In this document: positions 1 to 10,300 of the stretch, piece after piece
Layout of the letters: each line of letters begins with the position of its first letter
Position numbering within the stretch: the stretch's first letter is position 1
Source of the DNA: Candidatus Zhuqueibacterota bacterium
GTDB lineage: Bacteria > Zhuqueibacterota > Zhuqueibacteria > Oceanimicrobiales > Oceanimicrobiaceae
Assembly (NCBI GenBank): GCA_029262035.1
Contig: JAJDAE010000178.1
Coordinates: forward strand, 105-64,104
Length of the DNA stretch: 64,000 nt
Reading direction: 5' to 3'
Notes under the pieces: model-generated
What the model was told of the DNA's origin: nothing
What the model saw: the letters and a program-made list of their open reading frames with translations, nothing else
The model's database searches: none
Position numbers and translations under genes: made by a program

Positions 1-3000
1 ATCGCAATTTACCCAATCACGCCATCCTCGCCAATGGGCGAATGGTCTGACGCATGGATGGCCGCAACAAAACCCAACATTTGGGGTACGATTCCGGATG
101 TTGTTGAAATGCAAAGCGAAGGCGGCGCAGTTGGCGCAGTACATGGCGCCTTGCAAACAGGCAGCCTGACCACGACCTTTACGGCGTCCCAAGGTTTGCT
201 GCTCATGATTCCCAATATGTTTAAAATTGCCGGAGAACTAACTCCGGCCGTATTTCATGTAGCTGCCCGTTCAATTGCGGCACAAGGTCTTTCGATCTTT
301 GGCGACCACAGTGATGTGATGGCCACACGCTCCACAGGTTTTGCCTTGTTGGCCTCAAATTCAGTACAGGAAGCGCATGATCTCGCCTTAATCTCTCAGG
401 CAGTCAGCCTGGAATCGCGCTTGCCATTCCTCCATTTTTTTGATGGTTTCAGAACGTCCCACGAAGTCGCAAAAGTGGAACTTATTTCCGACGATGTAAT
501 GCGAACAATGCTTGACAATAAATTTGTCATCGCACACAGGGAACGAGCTTTAACTCCCGACAAACCCGTTTTACGCGGCACCGCACAAAATCCGGATGTT
601 TATTTCCAGGGTCGTGAGACTGTCAATACTTTTTACAATGATTGTCCGGAGATTACTCAAAGAGCTATGGACAAATTTGCCAAACTCACCGGCAGACAGT
701 ACAAACTTTACGAATACCTGGGCGCGCCGGATGCGGACAGAGTTGTCGTGCTAATGGGTTCCGGCTGTGAAACAGTTCATGAAACAGTAAACTATCTCAA
801 TAATCAAGGGGAGAAAGTTGGCCTCGTCAAAGTTCGGCTGTACCGGCCATTCGACCAAAAAGCGTTTCTGGAAACTTTGCCCGCTTCGGTTAAGACCATC
901 GCCGTTTTGGATCGTACCAAAGAGCCGGGCGCAACCGGAGAGCCACTTTACCTCGACTGCCTCACCGCCTTACATGAAGGTCTGCAAAATGGCTGGGGTG
1001 AATTAACTGCATTGCCGCGAATTATTGGCGGGCGATATGGGCTTTCTTCCAAAGAGTTCACGCCAGCAATGATTAAGGGCATTTATGAGCATCTCAATGA
1101 AAAAGAACTAAAGAACCATTTCACCATTGGCATTAACGACGACGTGACACACACCAGCTTGCCGTATGATGAAACTTTCTCCATTGAACCTGACACCGTC
1201 ATTCGTGCTTTGTTCTACGGACTTGGTTCCGATGGTACCGTTGGCGCCAACAAAAATTCCATCAAAATTATTGGTGAAAAAACCGAAAACTATGCGCAAG
1301 GTTATTTTGTTTACGACTCGAAAAAAGCCGGTGCAGTGACGGTTTCGCATTTGCGTTTTGGTCCCGATCAAATTCAATCGACCTACCTGGTTACGAAAGC
1401 TAATTTCATCGGCTGTCATCAGCCTATTTTTCTCGACCGCTTTAACATTCTGGAAGATATTGTCGACGGCGGGACTTTCCTACTGAACACAGAATACTCC
1501 AAAGATGAAATTTTGCAGCACTTGCCAGTGCCATACGTCCAGGCTATTATTGATAAAAAAATCAAATTCTATATTATTGATGCAAACACCGTCGCTCAAA
1601 AAAGCGGTATGGGACGCCGGATCAACACGATTATGCAGGTTTGTTTCTTTGCTATTTCCGGTGTACTGACGCGTGATAAAGCAATCGAGGCGATTAAGAA
1701 ATCCATTCATGAAACTTACGGCCAAAAAGGTGATGAAATTGTACGCTTGAATCTGGTTGCCGTTGATAACACGTTGGAGAATCTATTTGAAGTGGCTGCG
1801 CCGGAAAAATTAAATAGCTCCATAAATCTCCTGCCGCCTGTCTCAGAAAAAGCACCGGAGTTTGTTAAAGATGTGCTCGGCACAATTATCGCAGGTAAAG
1901 GCGACAGTCTGCCGGTCAGCTGCATGCCGGTAGATGGCACTTTCCCGACTGCTACAGCCAAATGGGAAAAACGCAATATCGCCCTGGAAATCCCGGAATG
2001 GGATGCGGATATCTGTATTCAATGTGGTAAATGTGCCATGGTTTGTCCGCATGGTGTAATCCGGATTAAAGTATACGATTCCTCTTATTTGGAAAATGCG
2101 CCGGAAACTTTCAAGGCCACAAATATTAGAGACAAAGAACTAGCCGAAATGAAATACACGATTCAGGTTGCACCGGAAGATTGTACCGGTTGCGCAATTT
2201 GCGTGGATGTTTGTCCGGCTAAAAACAAAACCGAAACCCGCCTCAAGGCTATTAACATGGTTCCGCAAAAACCGTTAGTAGAACAAGAAAAGAAGAACTG
2301 GGATTTCTTTCTGGACATTCCGGAGTTGGATCGCAATAAAATTAATGTTGGAAAAATCCGGTCACAACAATTTCAGGAACCGCTGTTTGAGTTCTCAGGA
2401 GCATGTACCGGCTGTGGCGAAACACCTTATGTTAAACTGGTTAGTCAATTATTCGGTGACCGCACTTTGGTTGCCAACGCTACAGGCTGTTCGTCGATTT
2501 ACGGTGGCAATCTGCCTACCACGCCATGGGCAACCAACGCTGATGGTCGCGGGCCGGCATGGTCAAATTCTCTATTTGAAGATAACGCCGAGTTTGGATT
2601 GGGATTCAGACTTTCAATTGACAAAAAAATTGTGCAAGCGAAAGAATTGCTGCGAAAACTCGATGCCAAACTTGAAAGTGGCCTGGTCGCAGCAGTTCTG
2701 AATTCTGAACAAATTGATGAAGCGGAAATTTTTGAACAAAGAGAACAGGTTGAAATCCTTAAGAAAAATCTAAAATCACTAAAAGCCGATAACGATGCTG
2801 AAAAAGTGGATATAGAATCGCTCATGAGTTTAGCCGATTATCTTGTGAAAAAGAGCGTCTGGATTATGGGTGGCGACGGCTGGGCCTACGACATCGGTTT
2901 TGGCGGCCTGGATCACGTTTTTGCCAGCGGTCGCAATGTCAATATTTTGGTGTTGGATACCGAAGTTTATTCGAACACCGGCGGCCAGACTTCCAAAGCA

Positions 3001-3516
3001 ACCCCGCTTGGAGCCGTTGCAAAATTCTCAGCAGGCGGCAAGCAGATTGGTAAAAAAGACCTCGGTCTCATCGCCATGAGCTACGGCAGCGTTTATGTTG
3101 CAAAGGTTGCCATGGGCGCAAAAGATGAGCATACACTGAAAGCATTTATCGAAGCTGAAGCCTATGACGGGCCTTCGCTGATTATCGCGTACAGCCATTG
3201 TATTGCCCACGGCATCAACATGACCACAGCGATGCAAAACCAGAAAGCTGCGGTGGACTCAGGTCAGTGGCTGCTTTACCGCTATCACCCTGAAAAAGAT
3301 GTGGATGGTGAAAATCCATTCCAACTCGATTCGCGTCGACCTAAGATTCCTGTTCAAGATTACATGTATAAAGAAAACCGCTTTAAGATGCTCACCAAGA
3401 GCAAACCGAAGGATGCGAAAAGATTTCTAAAACAGGCGCAGCAGGATATCCACGATCAGTGGCGAATGTATGAATACATGGCAGCTCGTAAAAATGAGAA
3501 AGGCAATAAACAATAG
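1..3516 (+). CDS. por: Pyruvate:ferredoxin (flavodoxin) oxidoreductase, single-chain PFOR; 5' end lies upstream of the window
   Basis: The frame is open from nt 1 and reads IAIYPITPSSPMGEW, the conserved PFOR N-terminal motif, so the M at nt 34 is internal. Two 4Fe-4S ferredoxin motifs CIQCGKCAMVCP and CTGCAICVDVCP are present, as is the TPP-binding region GGDGWAYDIGFGGLDH. Length ~1170 aa. Confidence 0.95.
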   Translation: MAIYPITPSSPMGEWSDAWMAATKPNIWGTIPDVVEMQSEGGAVGAVHGALQTGSLTTTFTASQGLLLMIPNMFKIAGELTPAVFHVAARSIAAQGLSIFGDHSDVMATRSTGFALLASNSVQEAHDLALISQAVSLESRLPFLHFFDGFRTSHEVAKVELISDDVMRTMLDNKFVIAHRERALTPDKPVLRGTAQNPDVYFQGRETVNTFYNDCPEITQRAMDKFAKLTGRQYKLYEYLGAPDADRVVVLMGSGCETVHETVNYLNNQGEKVGLVKVRLYRPFDQKAFLETLPASVKTIAVLDRTKEPGATGEPLYLDCLTALHEGLQNGWGELTALPRIIGGRYGLSSKEFTPAMIKGIYEHLNEKELKNHFTIGINDDVTHTSLPYDETFSIEPDTVIRALFYGLGSDGTVGANKNSIKIIGEKTENYAQGYFVYDSKKAGAVTVSHLRFGPDQIQSTYLVTKANFIGCHQPIFLDRFNILEDIVDGGTFLLNTEYSKDEILQHLPVPYVQAIIDKKIKFYIIDANTVAQKSGMGRRINTIMQVCFFAISGVLTRDKAIEAIKKSIHETYGQKGDEIVRLNLVAVDNTLENLFEVAAPEKLNSSINLLPPVSEKAPEFVKDVLGTIIAGKGDSLPVSCMPVDGTFPTATAKWEKRNIALEIPEWDADICIQCGKCAMVCPHGVIRIKVYDSSYLENAPETFKATNIRDKELAEMKYTIQVAPEDCTGCAICVDVCPAKNKTETRLKAINMVPQKPLVEQEKKNWDFFLDIPELDRNKINVGKIRSQQFQEPLFEFSGACTGCGETPYVKLVSQLFGDRTLVANATGCSSIYGGNLPTTPWATNADGRGPAWSNSLFEDNAEFGLGFRLSIDKKIVQAKELLRKLDAKLESGLVAAVLNSEQIDEAEIFEQREQVEILKKNLKSLKADNDAEKVDIESLMSLADYLVKKSVWIMGGDGWAYDIGFGGLDHVFASGRNVNILVLDTEVYSNTGGQTSKATPLGAVAKFSAGGKQIGKKDLGLIAMSYGSVYVAKVAMGAKDEHTLKAFIEAEAYDGPSLIIAYSHCIAHGINMTTAMQNQKAAVDSGQWLLYRYHPEKDVDGENPFQLDSRRPKIPVQDYMYKENRFKMLTKSKPKDAKRFLKQAQQDIHDQWRMYEYMAARKNEKGNKQ

Positions 3517-3580
3517 CTTGAAAAGCATTCTGCATGAAATCGAATTCTAAAAATATTGAGATAAAAATGGAGTAAATAAA

Positions 3581-4582
3581 ATGGATTTAACAACAAAATA
3601 TATGGGCTTGCAACTACGCACGCCGCTGGTGCCTTCAGCTTCACCGCTTTCTGAAGACATTGAAAATATTAAACGAATGGAGGATGCCGGTGCGCCGGCA
3701 GTGATACTGTATTCTCTGTTTGAGGAACAGCTCAAGCACGAAACCCTTGAGCTTGAACATCACATGACCCATGGCACCGAGAGCTTTGCCGAATCGCTAA
3801 CCTATTTCCCGGAACCCGATGAGTATGTGGCACGCGCCGACGAGTACCTCGACCATATACAATCAGCCAAAAGCTCTGTCGATATTCCCATCATTGCCAG
3901 CCTAAATGCAGACACAAACGGCGGCTGGACAGAATTCGCCAAATATATCGAAGACGCCGGCGCTGATGCCCTTGAATTAAACATTTATCATATTCCTTCC
4001 AATATGGAAGAGCCCGGCTCAAAAGTTGAAGATTCCTACGTTGACATTATAAAATCAGTTAAGTCTGTAATAAAAATTCCGGTTGCAGTTAAGCTAAGTC
4101 CATTTTTTAGTAATTTTTCAAATATGGCAAAAAAAGTCGATGAAGCCGGCTCTGATGCACTGGTACTTTTCAACCGATTTTATCAACCCGATATCGATCT
4201 TGAAAACCTGACCGTTGTTCCACGCGTAATTTTGAGCACCCCAATGGCCTTACGCCTGCCCATGCGCTGGGTTGCTATTCTGTACAGCACCATTCAGGCC
4301 GATATTGCCGCTACCAGCGGTATTCACAAAGCTGGAGACGTCCTAAAAGTATTGATGGCCGGCGCCAGTGTCGCTCAATTATGTTCGGTGCTGTTAAAAC
4401 ATGGCATCGACCATTTACGGCAAATCGAACAGGATTTAATAGACTGGATGGAAGAACACGAATACGAATCGGTTTTACAAATGCAAGGCAGTATGAGCCA
4501 AAAAAATTGCGAAAACCCGAGCGCCTTTGAGCGTGCCCAATATATGCGGGCGTTGCAAAGTTACAAGCCAAACGCATCTTAG
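3581..4582 (+). CDS. Dihydroorotate dehydrogenase-like (DHOD/DHPD family TIM-barrel) flavoprotein, likely a PFOR-associated partner
   Basis: 333 aa with a DHOD-family TIM-barrel signature (IIASLNADTNGGWTEFAKYIEDAGADALELNIYHIP; FNRFYQPDIDLE). It lies 65 nt downstream of PFOR on the same strand with RBS-like AAATGGAG upstream. Confidence 0.7.
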   Translation: MDLTTKYMGLQLRTPLVPSASPLSEDIENIKRMEDAGAPAVILYSLFEEQLKHETLELEHHMTHGTESFAESLTYFPEPDEYVARADEYLDHIQSAKSSVDIPIIASLNADTNGGWTEFAKYIEDAGADALELNIYHIPSNMEEPGSKVEDSYVDIIKSVKSVIKIPVAVKLSPFFSNFSNMAKKVDEAGSDALVLFNRFYQPDIDLENLTVVPRVILSTPMALRLPMRWVAILYSTIQADIAATSGIHKAGDVLKVLMAGASVAQLCSVLLKHGIDHLRQIEQDLIDWMEEHEYESVLQMQGSMSQKNCENPSAFERAQYMRALQSYKPNAS

Positions 4583-4670
4583 CTTAATTAGTGTCTGTAC
4601 GAAAACTACATATTCAAGTTATTCTGAGCACAAAGCCCCGGAGACTACTTTTCAAAGTAGCTGTTGATGT

Positions 4671-4706
4671 GCGAAGAATCTTTCTCGCAAGCAGAAGATT
4701 CTTCGC
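4671..4706 (+). terminator. Hairpin (12-bp perfect stem GCGAAGAATCTT / AAGATTCTTCGC) downstream of the PFOR-DHOD-like operon; possible terminator or attenuator
   Basis: A perfect inverted repeat is seen directly. The following T-run is weak, and further hairpins follow at about 4730-4760 and 4820-4845. Confidence 0.35.
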
Positions 4707-4976
4707 GCTTCAAACTTTTGCCTCAAGCGAAAGATTTGGGAACTCACGCTCAGACACCGTCCTGAGCGTGCCGAAGGAATGACATATTTGTGAGTTTTAG
4801 GCCAATCATTATTTACGCCTGTTTTTTCAGACCAGGCGTAGTTGTTTTAGGTTCATAAAAATCCGTTATAAATAATTCATGCAAAAACACAATCTCCCTG
4901 AAACCTTTTTAACTTCTTTGTAGTTTGTCAGATAAAAATAGTCATGACTTTATTTATCACTATAAAAGGATTCAAA

Positions 4977-5642
4977 ATGAAAAAAATTGCAGTTATACTC
5001 ACGATTCTTGCCATGTGTTTGGCATTGGTTTCTTGCGCTTCAATGAGCAAAGATCAGAAAGGTGCAATAATTGGTGCAGGTAGCGGTGGTCTTATCGGAG
5101 GATTGATCGGTAAAGCCGCCGGGAATACAGCCATTGGCGCCATTGTAGGTGCAGCAGTTGGTGGCATAGCCGGAGCCTACATCGGCGATTACATGGATAA
5201 ACAAGCCAAGGAAATGCGTGAAGACATTGCCGGCGCTAAAATTGAACGCGTTGGCGAAGGCATCAAAATTACATTTGATTCCGGACTTTTGTTTGAAGTC
5301 AACCAATCTGCGCTAAGCCCTGCCAGCAAAACGAACCTCACAAACCTTGCTGAAATTTTAAATAAGTATGAAGACACGGACATCGTTCTTGAAGGCCATA
5401 CCGATGCCAGCGGGTCAGATTCGTACAATTTAGATCTTTCGAATAAACGCGCAGCATCTGTTTCCAGCTTTCTGACCAACAAAAATGTATTGGTCAAACG
5501 GTTCACTGTTCAGGGCTATGGCGAAGCTCAACCAATTGCCTCCAATGAAACAGTTGATGGGCGCCAACAAAACCGCCGTGTCGAGGTTGCCATTTTCGCC
5601 AATGAAAAACTCAAAAAGGTTGCTAAAGAGCAGGCGGGGTAA
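4977..5642 (+). CDS. OmpA-family outer-membrane lipoprotein with N-terminal glycine-zipper domain
   Basis: Signal peptide with lipobox LVSCAS. Gly-zipper GAIIGAGSGGLIGGLIGKAAG. C-terminal OmpA_C motif (LEGHTDASGSDSYNLDLSNKRAASV...QQNRRVEVAIF). Start placed at ATG 4977 with AAAAGGA RBS; the upstream M at 4944 is unlikely. Confidence 0.85.
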   Translation: MKKIAVILTILAMCLALVSCASMSKDQKGAIIGAGSGGLIGGLIGKAAGNTAIGAIVGAAVGGIAGAYIGDYMDKQAKEMREDIAGAKIERVGEGIKITFDSGLLFEVNQSALSPASKTNLTNLAEILNKYEDTDIVLEGHTDASGSDSYNLDLSNKRAASVSSFLTNKNVLVKRFTVQGYGEAQPIASNETVDGRQQNRRVEVAIFANEKLKKVAKEQAG

Positions 5643-5667
5643 ACCTGCAACTATTTAGCGTCCATCG

Positions 5668-5750
5668 GGGGTCGTCATTCCCGAATGTTCTTGTCGGGAA
5701 TCCATTCATAGTTCGTGCCTGGATTCCCGCTTAAAGCGTGCGGGGATGAC
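5668..5750. repeat. Cluster of nested short palindromes (CGGGAATCC / GGATTCCCG; CCCGC...GCGGG) forming a possible multi-hairpin structured element
   Basis: Seen directly: ATTCCCGA-N9-TCGGGAAT, CGGGAATCC-N17-GGATTCCCG, CCCGC-N9-GCGGG. It lies between the ompA-like stop and the terminator. Confidence 0.35.
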
Positions 5751-5762
5751 AGGAATCAGCAC

Positions 5763-5796
5763 AAAAAAAAGCCCGACCATTTGATCGGGCTTTTTT
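5763..5796. terminator. Bidirectional rho-independent terminator (A8-AGCCCGAcc-atttga-TCGGGCT-T6) between convergent ompA-like and sod genes
   Basis: GC-rich 7-8 bp stem flanked by an A-run on one side and a T-run on the other, sitting between convergent genes. Confidence 0.75.
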
Positions 5797-5809
5797 AGTT
5801 TAAAACTCA

Positions 5810-6451
5810 CTACTTAACGTATTTCTGAAATCTATCGTTTATTCTGCCCCAATGTAAATTGTTGAGGAAATTATCGATATATTTTGCACGACCCGGGCCA
5901 TCTTTATGGTAATAGGCATGTTCAAACACATCGCAGGAGATCAAAGGAATGCCACCCCAAATCGCACCGTATTGATGCTCATCAACCAACACATTGATCA
6001 AACGTTGTGAATAAAGTGCGTCGTAAACCAGGATTCCCCAACCACTCAATTTTGCAGCAAACGTCGCGGCTTTGAAATCAGCTTTCCAATTATCAAAAGA
6101 ACCAAAATCTTTTTCGATAGCAGCTTTTACATCTGCACCTTTACTTGCATCGCCATCACCACCCATAACATCCCAGTAAACATCATGCAATAAAGCGCCG
6201 GAATGGTTCCAGGTAAATCGTCTTTTCAATTCACCAAAATCACTCCAATTGCCGTTGGCAGCACCGGCATCAGCACTTTCTAAACCTTGTTCAATTTTAT
6301 TGAGAAAGGTAACGTAGCCTTTGTGGTGCGTGTTGTAATGCCAATCCGTAGTCTCTGCCGAGACAACATCTTTCAATAAGTCCTTGGCCTCATCATCAGA
6401 ATAGGGCCGTGGATTAAATTTCCATTCATACGCCATATATAAAACCTCCAA
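5810..6451 (-). CDS. Superoxide dismutase, Fe/Mn family
   Basis: 213 aa. Fe/Mn-SOD metal-ligand context (HHKGYV...; DVFEHAYYHKDGPGRAKYIDNFLNNLHW) and typical length. Confidence 0.9.
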   Translation of the reverse strand: MEVLYMAYEWKFNPRPYSDDEAKDLLKDVVSAETTDWHYNTHHKGYVTFLNKIEQGLESADAGAANGNWSDFGELKRRFTWNHSGALLHDVYWDVMGGDGDASKGADVKAAIEKDFGSFDNWKADFKAATFAAKLSGWGILVYDALYSQRLINVLVDEHQYGAIWGGIPLISCDVFEHAYYHKDGPGRAKYIDNFLNNLHWGRINDRFQKYVK

Positions 6452-6562
6452 AAAATTACTTGAATTTAATTTAAAAAGTAGAATTTAATATAGTAATAAT
6501 TCTGTGTAAATCAATAACAGGAGATAGTTTTTCGGGGAAAAATTGGAAACGGAGCAAAATTA

Positions 6563-6832
6563 TTATTTAAGACAACCGGCTATTCTTTTTCGAAAACTAT
6601 TTTCATCGACCCGATACTTGAAAGCTTTGCGGCTATCTATAAAAACTACCGGTATTTGTTCTTTGAACGCCTCGAACCATTCCGGGTTCGTTTCGATATC
6701 ATGTACTTGTAATTCAAAAACGCAATCTTCTTTTACTTTTAAAATAACCGATTTAGCAACATCACAAAGATGGCAATCTGGTTTTGAATAAATCTCAACT
6801 TTTATTGGCTTCTTGTTTTTCAAATTCTTCAA
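6563..6832 (-). CDS. Glutaredoxin-like small thiol-disulfide protein (CxxC)
   Basis: 89 aa with KPDCHLCD CxxC motif in a thioredoxin-fold context. Its 5' end overlaps the 3' end of the upstream Trx gene by 38 nt, so the true start may be internal. Confidence 0.55.
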   Translation of the reverse strand: MKNLKNKKPIKVEIYSKPDCHLCDVAKSVILKVKEDCVFELQVHDIETNPEWFEAFKEQIPVVFIDSRKAFKYRVDENSFRKRIAGCLK

Positions 6833-7331
6833 ACTTTATTTTATCATACCAGCCTTCAGCAATAAACTTTAAAATCGAATTAAATCTATCGGCTGGGATG
6901 TAACCGGGAACAACTGTAATTGGCTCCCCCGCCTGAGTAAAAAATACAGTAGCCGGAAAACCCGTGACGCCAAACATTCTGGTCAATTCCCGCCCTTCGT
7001 AGGAGCTTCCATTATAATCAAATCGCTCCGTCGTTTCTGCATTCAATTTTGACATCACGACGGTTTTTGTGGCATAATCTATAACTTTTGAATTCCCGTA
7101 AGTCTCCTTATCCATTACTTTGCACCAATGGCACCAATCTGTATAAAAATCAACTACGAGAACCTTCTTTTCTTTTTTTGCTTGTGCTAAACCCTGCTCA
7201 AACGTGCGCCACTGAATACCATCATCACTTTTATCGATGGTTTCATTTCCAATTAATCTGGGCACTTGAAATGAAAATGCAATTAATACAAGAATAGCGA
7301 GAAGGGAAAGTACAGTTTTATTTATTTTCAT
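6795..7331 (-). CDS. Secreted thioredoxin-family protein (WCxxC; TlpA/DsbE-like)
   Basis: Signal peptide MKINKTVLSLLAILVLIAFSF. Thioredoxin active site DFYTDWCHWCK. 178 aa. Starts 25 nt after the C25 peptidase stop on the same strand. Confidence 0.75.
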   Translation of the reverse strand: MKINKTVLSLLAILVLIAFSFQVPRLIGNETIDKSDDGIQWRTFEQGLAQAKKEKKVLVVDFYTDWCHWCKVMDKETYGNSKVIDYATKTVVMSKLNAETTERFDYNGSSYEGRELTRMFGVTGFPATVFFTQAGEPITVVPGYIPADRFNSILKFIAEGWYDKIKFEEFEKQEANKS

Positions 7332-7355
7332 AACGTAACCTATTAAAATTTAAAA

Positions 7356-10300
7356 TTATCTTATGATAGCTAATCTACCTAATTTCTCTTTTTGAATGGA
7401 CTCGGATGTACCAACAGCCTTTGCAATTATTTTATACAAATAGACGCCATTTGCAGGTGTATCACCTTGTTCATCCCGGCCATCCCACTCAATCATATTA
7501 AACCCGTTCCTGGCAAATGGATATTCCAATTTTTTTATTAATTGCCCTGCCACCGTATATATTTTCACTTCAACCTCTGCATCACGGTTTACAAAAAAAG
7601 TAAACGTCGTTTCATCTTCAAGCGGATTCGGATAATTCAAAACGTCTTTTATCACCAATCCCGCTTCATGAACGACCGATACTTCAACGGATGCAGTTGA
7701 CGAGTTATTGGCATTATCCCATGCTTTCACAACCAGGGTATGGCGCTGTTCATCATCAAAATCCGCACAGGCTATTGTATTACCGCCAACTTCGACTTCC
7801 GACGGAAATTGAAGCGGAATTTCAATTTTACCACGTAAATGGTCACCTTCATTAAAGTCAAAAATGGCTGTTAAATCAATATTACTCACACCATTAAACC
7901 GGTTTAATTGCGATAAGCAGGTTTCATCATCAGGGTCGATAGACAAGGTTAGTTGATGGCCGATTTCACCTGCGATATTAATTCCGCTAACAGTATCGGC
8001 AAGTTCGATGACCATTGTTATATTTTCATCGACAATATCACCTGTTGTGAAATTTTGATGCTCCTTAAAATAAATTTGAATTTCAGGTCCGGCTTCATCT
8101 GTGAGTTCGGATGTTGAGCTACTCACACGAATATTGTTTAAAGAGCCCGCACCATCCGTTTCATCATTCCAAAAATAAACACTGGCAGTGGCCGAACCAC
8201 CGCCGTAAGAAATGTCTTTGGGCACTATAAATTTCGATTTAAACCGGCCGCTTTGAACAGGTACGGAGCCGCGGTATATCGAATTTCCGGGAAGCAAATA
8301 GTTTTGAATACCACCATTTTCAGTTAAATTGGCAATCGTTTTTTTTGAATCAAACACATTGACAAAAGCTGATCCATTAAAATTTCCATCAAGGGCGCCA
8401 TTCTGTAAAACCTCACCCTCTATTTCGATTGCAGCTAAAGCCAAAATAGAATCGGGATTCATCTTGGTAATAACTCCCTGTTTTTCCGGATTGGCTAATC
8501 TCAGCGTGGGATCTCCAAAGATGTGATATTTCTCATCATTTACCTGGGACGAAATATCAATTCGAGCCAACAAAAATGCATCACCAATTCGATTTGATGT
8601 GGTTTCATCCGGGAATAAATAACTATAAAATTTCTTACTGAATGAAAAATTTTGAGACGCAAAAACAAGTCGGGCTGATGACAGGATTGCAACAGCTCCT
8701 CTTTTTTCTGCCAATAATAATTCTTCTGCCTGGCTTTGACGGTCAGGTCGGTCAAAAAGCGCCCAGTCACAAGTAGCTGCAACAAAAAACATTAGCTTGT
8801 CCTGATTTTGGATTCTTGAATTATCAGCTATAGTGAATATCTGCTCATGCGTCCACAATTGAGGATTGCCATGTCCAATAAAGTTAACAATGAGGGAGCC
8901 TTTATTTATAGTCTGTATCAAATCTTCCTTTGCAGCGGGTTTCAAAACACCACCCGAGGCCTCACTTCTTACTTTTGGATACTCCGAAAGATAAATCTTT
9001 TTTAAATTAAAATGCTTTGGAATATATTGCTCAGCGATAACCTCTGCCTGTCGAATGTGTATATCATCGCCACCACCAGGATTACCGTTGCTGACTAATT
9101 CATCATCGCCAATAATCGTTACTTTATTTCGCCACTGCCCAAAAGTTGCCTGGGTCTCATAAGCTATTATTTTATCAACGACATTTTTGGCATCAGCAAT
9201 GGTTTGAGCGGTTATTCGACCAATCGCCAAATCCATTCTCGGAGTACTCCCATCATTGTCTGGCGAAACATATGTGTACCAGCTATCATTGGCCCGGCTC
9301 ACCAATTCTTTAATTACAGAACTTGTTTCAAGAGCATCTGTTTGAAAAGATGGTATCCAATTCAAATCTTCCTTGCTGATGATATTTTTGTAATCATAAT
9401 CGCCATCGCCAAGCAGTAGCACATAAAGAGGTCGCGGCGTCCAATTATCATAAGCATATTTCAAAAAATCCCGAATCGCCGTAACATCCGTCAGACCACT
9501 GGAAAAATTATTATAGATATCAGAGATCAACACAACCTCAGTCTGAAGTTGGTCGGCGGGGTTCGCATTTTCCCTCAAACTTTCCAAACGTTCCGCTTCC
9601 GCCCGAAAATCATTGTGAGTAATAATTATAAAACTATTGTCTGACATCGGGTTTGGATTTAAACTAAACTGAGGATCCCGAAGATTTCTAAATTCAACAC
9701 GCTCAAGATCTTCGAGCCCCAAGTATCGTGAAGGGTTCAATATTGCATATCGTTTCGGGGCGTTCGGGAGCTGAGAATCGGCAAAAGTTACATTGCCGTT
9801 TGCATATGAAAAGCCTTCGAAGATTTTTATATTTTCGAAATCAGATACGTCGAACATTTTAATTTCTGAGCCGCTAAAGTTACTTGCGCGGTAGGTCTGA
9901 ACACCCGAAGCCGGTTCGACCGTAAAAATCAATTGGTTTTCATCCGCTATCATTCGGGCGGAGTAGAGGATGTCCACCCAATCCAGAAATGCTCGCCCGG
10001 TTGTTGAGCTATGTGAGTAGTCCAAACGCAGGGTATTATCGCCCGGATTTACAACATTCGATTGCTGGTAATTCTCAACCGATGTTACAACCTGCAAATA
10101 CTGCCCAAAAGCAAGCGACAAACCATTGAATGTTTTGGTGCCGATTTGGTTATTATTCATCCGAATATTAAAGGTATGGCGTCCGGTATTTAAAGCGGCA
10201 AAACGAAAATTAAAATGGGTGACTTCACTTGTAATCGCATTGGGTAAATTCAGAGTCCAGGAATTCGATCGACTAAATTCATCCACCGCAAAATCGCGGC

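Noticed and set aside
4591-4782. 63-aa ORF after the DHOD-like gene
   Set aside because: It spans the hairpin cluster (4671-4706 and beyond). It is Arg/Ser-rich with no RBS and is more plausibly terminator or attenuator structure.
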